IMG/VR virus record: IMGVR_UViG_3300025012_000027
Span: 62,001-126,000 of that record
Reading direction: 5' to 3' (one strand)
DNA: 64,000 bases
Below the pieces are notes generated by a model. The model had not been told where the DNA came from. It ran no database searches and worked only from the letters and a program-made list of their open reading frames with translations. The position numbers and the translations under genes are program-made. This document shows positions 1 through 9,692 of this stretch, piece by piece. Position 1 is the first letter of the stretch; the number at the start of each line of letters is the position of its first letter.

Positions 1-799
1 ATACTCGGTCCGATTGCCCACGAGCTATAACTTGGCGTTTTGAGTGATCTATGTTCAACGTCAATTTTCGAGGCAATATAAACTCTCGCTCTGCAGGTAT
101 AGAACTATATTCTGGAACATATAACCCAGCATGATTTTTTGGGATATGTAATGCAACTACATCACCTCCTCTAGACTGAGCAAATCCCGTCGCCAGTCGC
201 AGGCTAAGCGAAGATGATAGAAACGCTGGATGATATACTTTATCATTGTGTCGAAGAAGGTTTGAGTGTCTGCTGCTAGTACCGCTATACACTACAAGGT
301 CGGCTGGAGTTTTTCCTCTAGATATAGCTGTGTCTAGATGACTTACGGTTTCAGCATGCTCGGAATCAACGGTGTTTGCTAATAGGTGTTGGTTGATTCC
401 AGAGGTGAATGTGTATTTTGCTATAGCTTTAGCTTCGGGCATGTTCAGAGCAGTGTGCTGCCGATAATGACCAACTAGTTCATCGTTTAACGCAATGACA
501 CCATCTCGTTGACGATTCCCCAGTTCGAAGTCGTGATTCGCAGCATCATTTAGAGTATCAAATTGCTTGGGTGTAGATGTTCCGGAAAAGTGAAAGAATT
601 TCCCTGGGTGGGCTGGATGTTCCCATACATTTGGTTCTCCGGGATATAGATTGAACCCACGATTCTCTGGAGAGTGTTCTTCTGGACCAACATATCCTAG
701 AAAATGTTCGACTTTGCGTTCTTCTTCCAGCACATCATCGCGGATGCTAAGATGAACGCTTGGAATATGATTCTTAGCGTATTCGGTAAACCTAAGCAT
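1..799 (-). CDS. VIP2/Alt-like ADP-ribosyltransferase (3' end runs off the window; not in ORF track)
   Basis: Manual translation from ATG at 799: MLRFTEY...AIAKYT...INQHL...LDTAI...DLVVYSG...HPAFLSSSLS...AEREFILPR, the R/STS/ExE scaffold of C2/C3-type ARTs with S at the R position; open to the window edge. Confidence 0.85.
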   Translation of the reverse strand, partial: MLRFTEYAKNHIPSVHLSIRDDVLEEERKVEHFLGYVGPEEHSPENRGFNLYPGEPNVWEHPAHPGKFFHFSGTSTPKQFDTLNDAANHDFELGNRQRDGVIALNDELVGHYRQHTALNMPEAKAIAKYTFTSGINQHLLANTVDSEHAETVSHLDTAISRGKTPADLVVYSGTSSRHSNLLRHNDKVYHPAFLSSSLSLRLATGFAQSRGGDVVALHIPKNHAGLYVPEYSSIPAEREFILPRKLTLNIDHSKRQVIARGQSDRV

Positions 800-2060
800 T
801 GTTTGGTCCTTTATGCAACGAGTCTTTGTTTATCTGCAGACTAACAGTATGACGTTTTCGATCAAATACATGCTTTATAGACGTTACTAGGTATCGACCA
901 CTCAACGTTTGATCTAATAACGACCCCATATCCTTTTCGGCGGTGTCTGATGTTGGAATATGAGACACTGGGACAACTAAGTTAATCACATTCCCAGCAT
1001 AGATGTTCATGCGACCAGCAACTTCGAGGAACACGGTCTGACTATTTATAGACGCCATTTCAGTTAACCTCTGAGCAAACCATTCATGATTCATTTCAGT
1101 CGGCATACTTGGATGACTATTCGACTCAAACGTCCTAACTCGAAATACTGAATTTATGCGTCGAACAGCTTTTTCTGATCCTAAAGGTACTGGATTCAGT
1201 CTGGCAAACTTTCCATATGAATCGAGAAAGTCGTAGTATCTATATGCATATCGCTTGTTTGTTGTATTGACCGACAGGGTTCTGTTACCATAAGTGCCAG
1301 TCATAATACGGTCTATATAATCAAAGTTATCATCAACATATAGCTTATGGACAATCCCCTGCTCCGTCTCGTTCAATACATCTCCAGCATGAGTATTAAC
1401 TGAGTATAGATAGTCGAACGATGCTGGTTGAGCAATCAGAATATCTATAGGAGAGAATATAAACGATTTCTTGGTCTCATAAAACACATATGATGGAGAT
1501 AACGAATCGGCACTAACGGATCTATCACACAGATATTTTATGTTCTGCATAGGCGACCAGTAGTTCGAGATGTATGATACCGCATTCTTGGTTGGATGGC
1601 AGTATAGCTCTTTCTTTACAGATAGATTTTCTTTACAGATATGCTCTCGAACAATATCCGATGGCTGCCCACTAAATGCCTTGGACAATTTGATGTTCAT
1701 ATCTATGATAGCTTCGCCTGATATACAGTGCAAAGTATAAGTAGCAGCTCTGTCAGATACATTTATACGATCAGACATCTTATACACATAGAATCCCTGT
1801 TGCCGCATTCCAACTTCACCATCTGGACCAACAATATCTATTTCGAGGTATTCTTCACCCATCAACGGTAGAAGACTGTTCAAAGACATAGCATCGAGTA
1901 TGTTCACCTTCATCGTTATGAATGGAGAATACATCGACTCATATACCTCGACGTAGTTTATTAGCTTAGTTATATCAATCGGCGTGTCTGATCGACTAGA
2001 CAGCAACGTAGCATAGTTTATATTAAAACTAGATGGAGATTGTGATATAGTAGTATCCAT
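792..2060 (-). CDS. Baseplate hub protein (gp27-like)
   Basis: Position after gp48-gp53; motifs VYESMYSP, PSYVFYET, LSGRYLVTSIKH typical of T4-like hub proteins. Confidence 0.65.
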   Translation of the reverse strand: MDTTISQSPSSFNINYATLLSSRSDTPIDITKLINYVEVYESMYSPFITMKVNILDAMSLNSLLPLMGEEYLEIDIVGPDGEVGMRQQGFYVYKMSDRINVSDRAATYTLHCISGEAIIDMNIKLSKAFSGQPSDIVREHICKENLSVKKELYCHPTKNAVSYISNYWSPMQNIKYLCDRSVSADSLSPSYVFYETKKSFIFSPIDILIAQPASFDYLYSVNTHAGDVLNETEQGIVHKLYVDDNFDYIDRIMTGTYGNRTLSVNTTNKRYAYRYYDFLDSYGKFARLNPVPLGSEKAVRRINSVFRVRTFESNSHPSMPTEMNHEWFAQRLTEMASINSQTVFLEVAGRMNIYAGNVINLVVPVSHIPTSDTAEKDMGSLLDQTLSGRYLVTSIKHVFDRKRHTVSLQINKDSLHKGPNNA

Positions 2061-2545
2061 TACACCGATATCAAGTTTTTATATTGTTGAACGAATTCAG
2101 ATAACAACTCTCGTTTTAATATCTTGATTGGTCGAGTTGCTTCGTTTAGTTCTCGAACGTATTCTAAGTTAGTAATGGGTATTCCTGTAGTATTAATGTT
2201 ATCTACCCAATTCATATTCGCATCTTCGTAGTGATGAACGTCGTTTATATTGGTATACTGAGTTTTTGCAAATTCGATAAGTATCTCATCGCTTTTAGGA
2301 AAATCTCGATATGGATCAAACTTTTCATTGACGAGCATTATAACCCAATGATACTGAGTACTCTTGTAGAACTTATGAGATATCATCTCAGGGGTTTCGT
2401 TATCCTTAATTTCATAGACGTCATACATCAATGAATTGTCTTTGAGTACCGGATCTATCTTAATGGCTCGTAAGAAATCCGTAACGACAACAAGCGTACT
2501 GTCGTCTACTCTGAAATACGTGGAAGGAAAGTTTTCGAAGAACAT
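2060..2545 (-). CDS. 53: Baseplate wedge subunit gp53
   Basis: MFFENFP, YEIKDNETPEMISHKFY, HWVIMLVN, VHHYED, NEATRPIKIL. Confidence 0.9.
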   Translation of the reverse strand: MFFENFPSTYFRVDDSTLVVVTDFLRAIKIDPVLKDNSLMYDVYEIKDNETPEMISHKFYKSTQYHWVIMLVNEKFDPYRDFPKSDEILIEFAKTQYTNINDVHHYEDANMNWVDNINTTGIPITNLEYVRELNEATRPIKILKRELLSEFVQQYKNLISV

Positions 2546-2547
2546 GA

Positions 2548-3750
2548 TCAGTACCCTTGTTGGATTCTACCTTGATGTAGAATCTCGATTTCTTTAAACG
2601 ATAAACTAAGTTCTGTCACGACAGGTTCGCCGTTCATCAGAGACTGATATGACCCATTAGGAGCATAGTTTATGGCTATAGATTCAAGTACGCAACTTGA
2701 AATTTTGTTTAAACTATCATTCTCAACAGATTCACCATCCTCATTTATATACATGTACTTTATATCAAACTCCGCGGGATATAAGTAGAGGAAGTTTCCA
2801 TATCCGGGTAATACTTCAGGGTGTGCGAAGAACTTAAACATATAGATTATGTCTGCGACTTCCTTTGCCTCGGCTGCTGACCTAGGAGCAAAAGTATAGT
2901 TGAAGTTGAACTGTCTATTACCCACATGACTAAACATGATATCCTTCTTAGGATTCACAGCGGTTTTACTCAACAAACTAACGGTTTTAACTTTACTAGC
3001 AATGATTCTAGCAACCGACGATATACTCTTAGTAGCATCTCCAGCCGAAGATAGGGCATCTTTGATAGCTCCGGATTGATCTTGTTGAGCTAGATCCGTC
3101 AGTAAATCTTCAGTAACATCATATCGCATATTGTATTCAGTACGAATGTCTGCTGGTGAATATAGAGTAATAGATGCTTTTAGTTTTTGTAGTTTATTCG
3201 TTAGATGAAATTCTTCCGATGCTACTTTTCCAGCACCATACCCCGCACCAGCCGCTACTGCTGTTCCTATCGCAGCAAAACCTAATGCAGTTCCTACCGC
3301 ACCTGCTTGATATGCAGCACTAGTAGGAGCACCACTACCAAAAACTGATTTCAACCACTTAGCGCTCCATTTAGCACCTGCTTGAGCACCCACGATGCCA
3401 CCAACTACAGCACCACCTTCGGCAATAGTATCTGTTGTTTGTAATCCTCTAGATACTCTAGCTTGTTGAGAATTATCTACTGGACCACTCGTTCCTATTT
3501 GACTGCGCTTAACAATTCTAGATTCATCATTCACGTTGATCGAAAAGACTACATAGTGAGAGTTCCCTCCAGCGAGAGGATATTCTAGAAAACGAATCTT
3601 ATCATCTCCTTGAGTATATGAAACCATTCGTTGATCAGTTGCGGCAAAGTTCTTTCGAGCATCTTGAGCAGACAGTACTGAAAGATTATGTTCTCGTTGT
3701 AATGCTAGATTCTCTTCAGTCGCTCTATCTTGTTGACCAGTTACACCCAT
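2548..3750 (-). CDS. 48: Baseplate tail-tube cap gp48
   Basis: NPKKDIMF, RQFNFNYTFAPRSAAEA, YPAEFDI, CVLESIAINYAPNG, LSLSFKEIE. Confidence 0.9.
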   Translation of the reverse strand: MGVTGQQDRATEENLALQREHNLSVLSAQDARKNFAATDQRMVSYTQGDDKIRFLEYPLAGGNSHYVVFSINVNDESRIVKRSQIGTSGPVDNSQQARVSRGLQTTDTIAEGGAVVGGIVGAQAGAKWSAKWLKSVFGSGAPTSAAYQAGAVGTALGFAAIGTAVAAGAGYGAGKVASEEFHLTNKLQKLKASITLYSPADIRTEYNMRYDVTEDLLTDLAQQDQSGAIKDALSSAGDATKSISSVARIIASKVKTVSLLSKTAVNPKKDIMFSHVGNRQFNFNYTFAPRSAAEAKEVADIIYMFKFFAHPEVLPGYGNFLYLYPAEFDIKYMYINEDGESVENDSLNKISSCVLESIAINYAPNGSYQSLMNGEPVVTELSLSFKEIEILHQGRIQQGY

Positions 3751-3777
3751 TTGAATACCCTCGTATCGTAATTATCT

Positions 3778-3797
3778 TATTTACAGTAGGTTAAATA
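3778..3797. promoter_or_regulatory. Divergent T4-type late promoters (TAAATA on - at 3778-3783, on + at 3792-3797)
   Basis: TAAATA motifs directly upstream of gp48 (-) and gp4 (+). Other intergenic copies at 5618, 12113, 17747, 20911(-), 25729, 35772, 42431, 45747, 47964, 54860, 60294, 63309(-). Confidence 0.75.
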
Positions 3798-3802
3798 GTT
3801 CA

Positions 3803-4252
3803 ATGAAGACATATCCTAAACCTAGAAAGTGGTTTCCAAAACATCCTGAAAAGTATGTAGGAAACTTCAATAACATCATCTCTAGAAGTTCTTGGGAACT
3901 ACGATTCATGAACTACTGCGATATAAGTTCTAACGTAGTAAAATGGAATAGTGAAGATACTATCATTCCTTACATATCACCTGTTGATGGAAAGCCGCAT
4001 AGATACTTTGTAGACTTTACTGCGACTATACGACAGAAAGATGGTACAACAAAAACTTTCTTGATAGAAATCAAGCCATTTACTCAAACCATCCCGCCAA
4101 AGAGTACTCGTAACAAGAGAGTGCTTATGGAATCTGTTGCTACGTATCAGATCAATCAAGCAAAGTGGGAAGCCGCTCGTGAGTTCTGTCAAAGAAGAGG
4201 ATTCGAGTTTATGATAGTCACGGAGTACCAGTTGGGCATCAAAACCAAATAG
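3803..4252 (+). CDS. 4: Head completion nuclease gp4 (TnsA-like)
   Basis: PKHPEKYVG, RSSWE, WNSE, IPYISPVDGKPHRYFVDF, LIEIKP, NQAKWEAA. Confidence 0.95.
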   Translation: MKTYPKPRKWFPKHPEKYVGNFNNIISRSSWELRFMNYCDISSNVVKWNSEDTIIPYISPVDGKPHRYFVDFTATIRQKDGTTKTFLIEIKPFTQTIPPKSTRNKRVLMESVATYQINQAKWEAAREFCQRRGFEFMIVTEYQLGIKTK

Positions 4253-4408
4253 TCCTCCTTCCGTACCGTTGGTTGGAAGTTTTTATTGTTGCGCAGCAAC
4301 TGGTTGTTTCATATTGGTATTTGGATGTTTTCTTGGTCGCTACGCGACTGCGCTTCGCGCATGGTTGTTTCTTTTGGTATTGGTATTCTTTAATACCCAC
4401 TACGTGGT

Positions 4409-4436
4409 ATTATACAACAACAAATTAACTTGTCAA
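4409..4436 (-). promoter_or_regulatory. Consensus sigma70 promoter firing leftward into non-coding palindromic DNA
   Basis: Minus strand reads TTGACA-16 nt-TATAAT. Confidence 0.65.
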
Positions 4437-4469
4437 GCATTTCTTAAGCTTCTCGGCAGAAATATTTTC

Positions 4470-4499
4470 TTGACACGGTGGGCTGATTCATGTTACACT
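4470..4499 (+). promoter_or_regulatory. sigma70-type early promoter of RNA ligase 1
   Basis: TTGACA-18 nt-TACACT with TG extension. Confidence 0.6.
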
Positions 4500-4522
4500 A
4501 GTGCTACACCGAGACTTATACA

Positions 4523-5620
4523 ATGATTACACTCAAAGACTTTGACCATCTACGCAACGATCCAAGGGTTCGTTTTATGGAGACCGAACTGTACGGCCAT
4601 CGACTAACGACCATCTGCTATATGATTGCTGATTCGGACTTCTGGTCTCTTCCACTCGCACTAGAATGTCGAGGGATTGTATTTGATAACGAAACTGGTC
4701 ATTGTGTATGTCGCCCACTAGAAAAGTTCTTCAACGTAGGCGAACGAGCAGATACTCAAAAGCATCTATTAGATTTTGATAACTGTCAAATCTTTGAGAA
4801 GCGTGATGGGTCGATGGTCACCCCAGTATTCTTGGATGGTAAGCTTTTCTGGAAGTCTAAAAAGTCGTTCTCATCAGACGTTGCTATCAAAGCAGCTAAT
4901 ACTGCTACTGAAGGGGTCGAGACATTGAGTCATCTATTCTATAGTATGGGTTATACGGCTATATTTGAATATACACATCCCGAACATCAAATCGTGATTG
5001 ATTATGGAAGCGACCCAAGATTTACTTTACTAGCAGCTAGGCATAACGATACTGGAGAATACCTGCCATACACCGCTCTAAAAACGTTTGCAACCTTCTA
5101 TAAGGAGAACTGTATCCAGTGTTATACTCACACCCTTTCAGTTGACGCTATGTTTGAACAGATGGAAACTATCAAAGACTTTGAGGGATATGTTGTTCAA
5201 CTAGCAAACGGTATTCGTGTAAAGCAGAAGAGCAGCTGGTACTTAAAAATGCACGTTATAATGACTGCATTGCGAGAACGTGATATTGCTAAAGCGGTTA
5301 TCGACGAAACTCTGGACGACATCAAAAGTATGATTTCAGCTGAAGGTAAAGACCTAGCTCCAGTAATCGAAATTGAGAATCGAGTTGTTCTTGGAATTGA
5401 GAATATGCGCATCGAGACTGAGCAATTGGTTAAACAGTTCGAGTCACTTGAAACTAGAAAAGATATAGCAATGACGTATCGAGATCATTCGATGTTCAGT
5501 TTGGCTATGAAACTATATGACGGTAAAGAACCAGATTACAAGAAAACTTGGGTCGATCGGTATCTTCAAGACTTCAATCTTAGAACCATCTATAACACTT
5601 CCTTCAATCAAGAAGGGTAA
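4523..5620 (+). CDS. rnlA: RNA ligase 1 (T4 RnlA/gp63-like)
   Basis: ECRGIVF, RPLEKFFNVGE, motif I EKRDGS, FEY, QIVIDY, EGYVV, KQKSSWY. Confidence 0.92.
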   Translation: MITLKDFDHLRNDPRVRFMETELYGHRLTTICYMIADSDFWSLPLALECRGIVFDNETGHCVCRPLEKFFNVGERADTQKHLLDFDNCQIFEKRDGSMVTPVFLDGKLFWKSKKSFSSDVAIKAANTATEGVETLSHLFYSMGYTAIFEYTHPEHQIVIDYGSDPRFTLLAARHNDTGEYLPYTALKTFATFYKENCIQCYTHTLSVDAMFEQMETIKDFEGYVVQLANGIRVKQKSSWYLKMHVIMTALRERDIAKAVIDETLDDIKSMISAEGKDLAPVIEIENRVVLGIENMRIETEQLVKQFESLETRKDIAMTYRDHSMFSLAMKLYDGKEPDYKKTWVDRYLQDFNLRTIYNTSFNQEG

Positions 5621-5683
5621 ATACAAGACGCGAGTGGTTCTCGCGTAATCAATCAACCATTATTTTTAACTTTAAGGACAATT

Positions 5684-6610
5684 ATGAGCAATATAGACGC
5701 TATAAGTCGACTGCTGCCTGATGATCGTGAACTTATATTGGATGAATATGCGGAGTTCACTAGGACCAGAATCCGTAAAGGCGTGAAGAATCGATATTAT
5801 GTATACGCATTAACCCACCCAGACGGAATACCGTTCTACATCGGGAAAGGGTCTGGTAAACGAGCGTGGGATCACTTGTTATCATATAATCGAGCTCCGC
5901 CAAGTTCGACCAAGATGGCGTGTATCCACGATCTAATCGATAACATTAAAGAATATCCGATCATTAGTATATACTCAGATGGGTTATCTGAGACTGACGC
6001 CTTAGCACAAGAAGCGTTTTGGATATCGCATTTTGGCAGACTCGTCAACGATACTGGAATATTGACTAATATTATGCTTGACGGTGCGGTTAGTGATGTG
6101 CCAATCATTTCGGCACAGATGGCCATCGGCGGAGCAAAAGGTGGGCGAACCACTAAAGATAGCCGAGTCGGTATATTTTCACCGACATATGATCGATCTG
6201 CACAGTCTAAGAAGAATTGGGAAATGGGGCTTCTCGATCATATAAATTTTAGAGCGGCTGGGCATAAAGCTGGGACAGCCACTAGAGCTAACGCATCTGG
6301 AATATTCGATCCAGCAAAACAGCACTTGCGGTCTGAATGGAGTAGTAACGCCGCAAACGCATTAACTGCCGCTGGGACACGGAAGGGGTGTTGCACTGTG
6401 GAGTGGTGGTTAGACCCCGTAAATCGACAAGCAGCCGCTGATCGCAAAAAGAAACGAGATGCCGCCGCTGCTGAAACTATTCGGATTAATGGCCCGAAAT
6501 TTATCTGGTCTGATGGTAATGTTAATATACGATCGTATGTATGTCCAGGTGGGTCGTTTGTCAGAGGAACGACCCGCACAGTTAAATCAACAAACCAAAA
6601 AGGAATCTAA
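5684..6610 (+). CDS. Free-standing GIY-YIG homing endonuclease
   Basis: YYVYAL...PFYIGKGSGKRAWDH...ALAQEAFWI...GILTNI; C-terminal GG(K/R)...GIF repeats. Confidence 0.8.
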   Translation: MSNIDAISRLLPDDRELILDEYAEFTRTRIRKGVKNRYYVYALTHPDGIPFYIGKGSGKRAWDHLLSYNRAPPSSTKMACIHDLIDNIKEYPIISIYSDGLSETDALAQEAFWISHFGRLVNDTGILTNIMLDGAVSDVPIISAQMAIGGAKGGRTTKDSRVGIFSPTYDRSAQSKKNWEMGLLDHINFRAAGHKAGTATRANASGIFDPAKQHLRSEWSSNAANALTAAGTRKGCCTVEWWLDPVNRQAAADRKKKRDAAAAETIRINGPKFIWSDGNVNIRSYVCPGGSFVRGTTRTVKSTNQKGI

Positions 6611-6612
6611 CA

Positions 6613-7680
6613 ATGTCTTCACTTATGTCCCGAATGCTAAAAGCTGGGTCGACTTCAGGGGCCGCGATCTTAACAGAATCTTCGATCTTTAAGACGAAAG
6701 ATCCTGTTATCACACAAATCCCAATCATTAACATCGCGTTTTCTGGGGATGTTAATGGTGGGTTAGTATCGGGGTTAACTATCATAGCAGGTGATTCAAA
6801 AACTTTTAAATCAGCGTTTAGTTTGTATTGTATGAAAGCATATCTTGATAAGTATCCAGAAGCTATATCAATTTTTTATGATACTGAGTTTGGTATTACT
6901 GAATCTTATATCCGGTCGTTTGATATCGATCCTGCTAGAGTCGTCCATATTCCAGTCGAGCACATTGAGATGCTGAAATTTGATATGACCAAGAAATTGG
7001 CTGAATTGAAGAAGGGCGACCGCGTATTCTTTTTTGTGGACTCTATTGGTCAGATCTCAAGTCGTAAAGAAGTAGATGACGCCGTAGATGAAAAATCGGT
7101 CGCTGATATGACTAGGGCGAAGGCTATGCGCTCACTTCTTCGATTGGTCACTATTCAATTGTCGACAAAAGATTTACCATGTATAATGGTAAATCACGTT
7201 TATCGAACCCAAGAACTTTATGCAAAAACCGTAATCCCAGGAGGCACAGCTGTTACATATTCAGCCAATCAAATTTTCGTGCTATCGAAATCTCAAGAAA
7301 AAGGTGCTGATGGCGAATTGGATGGGTGGAACTTCACTATCAATGTCGAGAAATCTAGGTATGTTCGAGAGAAGTCTAAGCTACCGTTGTTAGTGCTGTT
7401 TGATAGTGGTATTCAGAAATATTCTGGATTGCTAGACATCGCGCTGGAATCAAAGAGAGTCATCAAACCATCTAATGGTTGGTACTCTAGAGTCGATGAT
7501 GATGGGGTTGTAGAAGATCGTAAGTGGAGAGCTAAAGACACACACACATCCGAGTTCTGGGATAAGCTGTTAGCGTCGAAATCGTTTAATGAATGGATCG
7601 GAAATCGGTATAAATTAGCAAACACATCTTTCTCGACGTTTGAAGACGAAGAAGATCTTGACACAGAGTCTCAAAGCTAA
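6613..7680 (+). CDS. uvsX: UvsX RecA-like recombinase
   Basis: INIAFSG, AGDSKTFKS, FYDTEFG, DSIG, ADMTRAK, EKSRYVREKSK. Confidence 0.97.
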   Translation: MSSLMSRMLKAGSTSGAAILTESSIFKTKDPVITQIPIINIAFSGDVNGGLVSGLTIIAGDSKTFKSAFSLYCMKAYLDKYPEAISIFYDTEFGITESYIRSFDIDPARVVHIPVEHIEMLKFDMTKKLAELKKGDRVFFFVDSIGQISSRKEVDDAVDEKSVADMTRAKAMRSLLRLVTIQLSTKDLPCIMVNHVYRTQELYAKTVIPGGTAVTYSANQIFVLSKSQEKGADGELDGWNFTINVEKSRYVREKSKLPLLVLFDSGIQKYSGLLDIALESKRVIKPSNGWYSRVDDDGVVEDRKWRAKDTHTSEFWDKLLASKSFNEWIGNRYKLANTSFSTFEDEEDLDTESQS

Positions 7681-7686
7681 TACAAT

Positions 7687-7992
7687 ATGTTTTTCTTCAA
7701 GCGACCCACTAAAACGGTTAGTGACTCTGAGTATGAATTGGTCGAACACCCGCTGGATGACGGCGGGGCTGTACCTGGTGTTCGACTACTCAAAGAACCA
7801 TACGCTGGCGTAATCGTTACAATTTCCCCTAAAGTTTCTGTAAAAGTCGTTGACGAAGAACTACGAGTGTCTTTTGACTATAATGTCGTATTCATGCCGA
7901 CAGGTATGGGTCCGATAGATCACTCAACATTCAAACCTATAATTGGCGACATTGTCGTCGACATAATGCAAAAGGATTACGATGCGACGTGA
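7687..7992 (+). CDS. 40: Head vertex assembly chaperone gp40-like
   Basis: Synteny uvsX-40-41; PYAGVIV, SFDYNVV, IGDIVVDI. Confidence 0.65.
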   Translation: MFFFKRPTKTVSDSEYELVEHPLDDGGAVPGVRLLKEPYAGVIVTISPKVSVKVVDEELRVSFDYNVVFMPTGMGPIDHSTFKPIIGDIVVDIMQKDYDAT

Positions 7993-9388
7993 AGAGCTAA
8001 TTCTGTCAGCGTTGACGCATAACTTTGAATTCACTAAAAAGGCAATCCCGCACATTCAGCCAGACTTTTTCACAGACCCGTCAGAGAAACTAGTATTCAA
8101 GCTGATCGATAGTTTCTATACCAAGTATAGTAAGCTACCGACGAAGGATGTTCTTTCGGTTGAGTTGGAACAGAGTAAGGATATCCCGGAGAGTGTCTTT
8201 GATGAGGTTAAGTCGACACTCAAAAGTGCGTTCACCGATGAGTACGAATATGACCATCAGTGGATGCTAGACGAGACTGAAAAGTTCTGTAAAGAAAAAG
8301 CAGTCTATAATGCGATCATGACATCAGTTAAGATCATCAATGGTGATGACAAGAAGCACACTGAAGGTCAGATACCGTCTCTACTACAAGATGCTCTAAG
8401 TATATCATTCGATCACAATATCGGACACAATTACTTCAATGATGCGCAAGCACGGTTCGAGTTCTACTCGCAGAAAGAATCGAAGATTGCTTGTGGGATT
8501 GATCTGCTCAATACCGTGACTAACGGCGGCGTTAATCGCAAGACGTTGAATATGTTCGTTGCACCGCCAAAAGCGGGTAAGAGTTTAGCGCTATGCTCTA
8601 TTGGGTCTGACTATCTTAAGAGTGGGTACAATGTATTGTACATCACAAATGAGCTAGCTGAGTTTAGAGTCGGTGAGCGGATTGATGCGAACTTGTTGAA
8701 TGTCAATGTTAATGAGGTAAAGGCATTACAGCAAGATGCATTCTTATCAAAGATAACTGCTTTGAAGAAAAAAACTCACGGGCAATTAGTTATCAAAGAG
8801 TATCCAATGAAAACTGCGAGTACACAGCATTTCAGAGTTCTTATAGATGACCTTATCCTCAAAGAATCATTTAAGCCAGACGTCATCATCATTGACTACT
8901 TGGGCATTACAGCGAGTAGCCAATACGGTACTGCTAGCTCAGTAAACTCATATACATATCAGAAAGCTGTGTCAGAGGAAATGCGCGCAATGGCATCGGA
9001 ATATGATGTAGCGCTATGGACTGCGGTACAGACTAACCGAAATGGTATGAACGCATCGGATTTTGATGTAGAAGATATTTCAGATTCTACAGGCCCGATT
9101 ATGTCATGCGACTTGGCTATTGGGTTGATTGCAACTCCGGAGTTGGCAGCTCTAAACCAAATGATATTCAAGCAATTGGCTAGTCGATATGGCGACCCTA
9201 GTTACTATAAGAGATTTGTTGTAGGGGTTGACAAGACTAGAATGCGGTTGTATAATGTGGAACAGAGCGCTCAGTCCCTGTCAACCGAAGTTGGAACGAC
9301 AACTCAAGAATCATCTGACAGGTATAAACCTAAGTCAAAGACCAAGAAGAAAGAAGTTGCTGCTGTAGCATGGGATTTCGATGAATAA
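7982..9388 (+). CDS. 41: Replicative DnaB-like helicase gp41
   Basis: IGHNY, Walker A APPKAGKS, ERIDANL, IKEYP, IIIDYL, TAVQTNR, RYGDP. Confidence 0.97.
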   Translation: MRREELILSALTHNFEFTKKAIPHIQPDFFTDPSEKLVFKLIDSFYTKYSKLPTKDVLSVELEQSKDIPESVFDEVKSTLKSAFTDEYEYDHQWMLDETEKFCKEKAVYNAIMTSVKIINGDDKKHTEGQIPSLLQDALSISFDHNIGHNYFNDAQARFEFYSQKESKIACGIDLLNTVTNGGVNRKTLNMFVAPPKAGKSLALCSIGSDYLKSGYNVLYITNELAEFRVGERIDANLLNVNVNEVKALQQDAFLSKITALKKKTHGQLVIKEYPMKTASTQHFRVLIDDLILKESFKPDVIIIDYLGITASSQYGTASSVNSYTYQKAVSEEMRAMASEYDVALWTAVQTNRNGMNASDFDVEDISDSTGPIMSCDLAIGLIATPELAALNQMIFKQLASRYGDPSYYKRFVVGVDKTRMRLYNVEQSAQSLSTEVGTTTQESSDRYKPKSKTKKKEVAAVAWDFDE

Positions 9389-9692
9389 TGATCAATACAT
9401 TCTCGTAGGTTGCATTGGTAGATCTCAGATCATATCAATGATTCGAGTGTTCGACGCATGTCAACCAGATTTTTGGAGATTTGTTGGTCAGGATGTTCTT
9501 ATTCCTGGATGCTTATCTGATGAATCTATGAATGTTGATATAGTCAAGAATATCCAAAGCATGTTCTGGTACTCGAACCAAGGTACTTGGATAGAAAATA
9601 ATGGCTTGCGGTTAGAATACGATATACGCGGCGACGTGATCTATTCATTGATCATATCGACTATTGATGGAGAGGTGCTCGTGAAATGTTAA
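9381..9692 (+). CDS. Hypothetical protein
   Basis: Overlap-coupled ORF in operon. Confidence 0.5.
   Translation: MNNDQYILVGCIGRSQIISMIRVFDACQPDFWRFVGQDVLIPGCLSDESMNVDIVKNIQSMFWYSNQGTWIENNGLRLEYDIRGDVIYSLIISTIDGEVLVKC

Noticed and set aside
4269-4526. 85-aa hydrophobic ORF
   Set aside because: TTG start without RBS; a product of T/G skew; overlaps two promoters.
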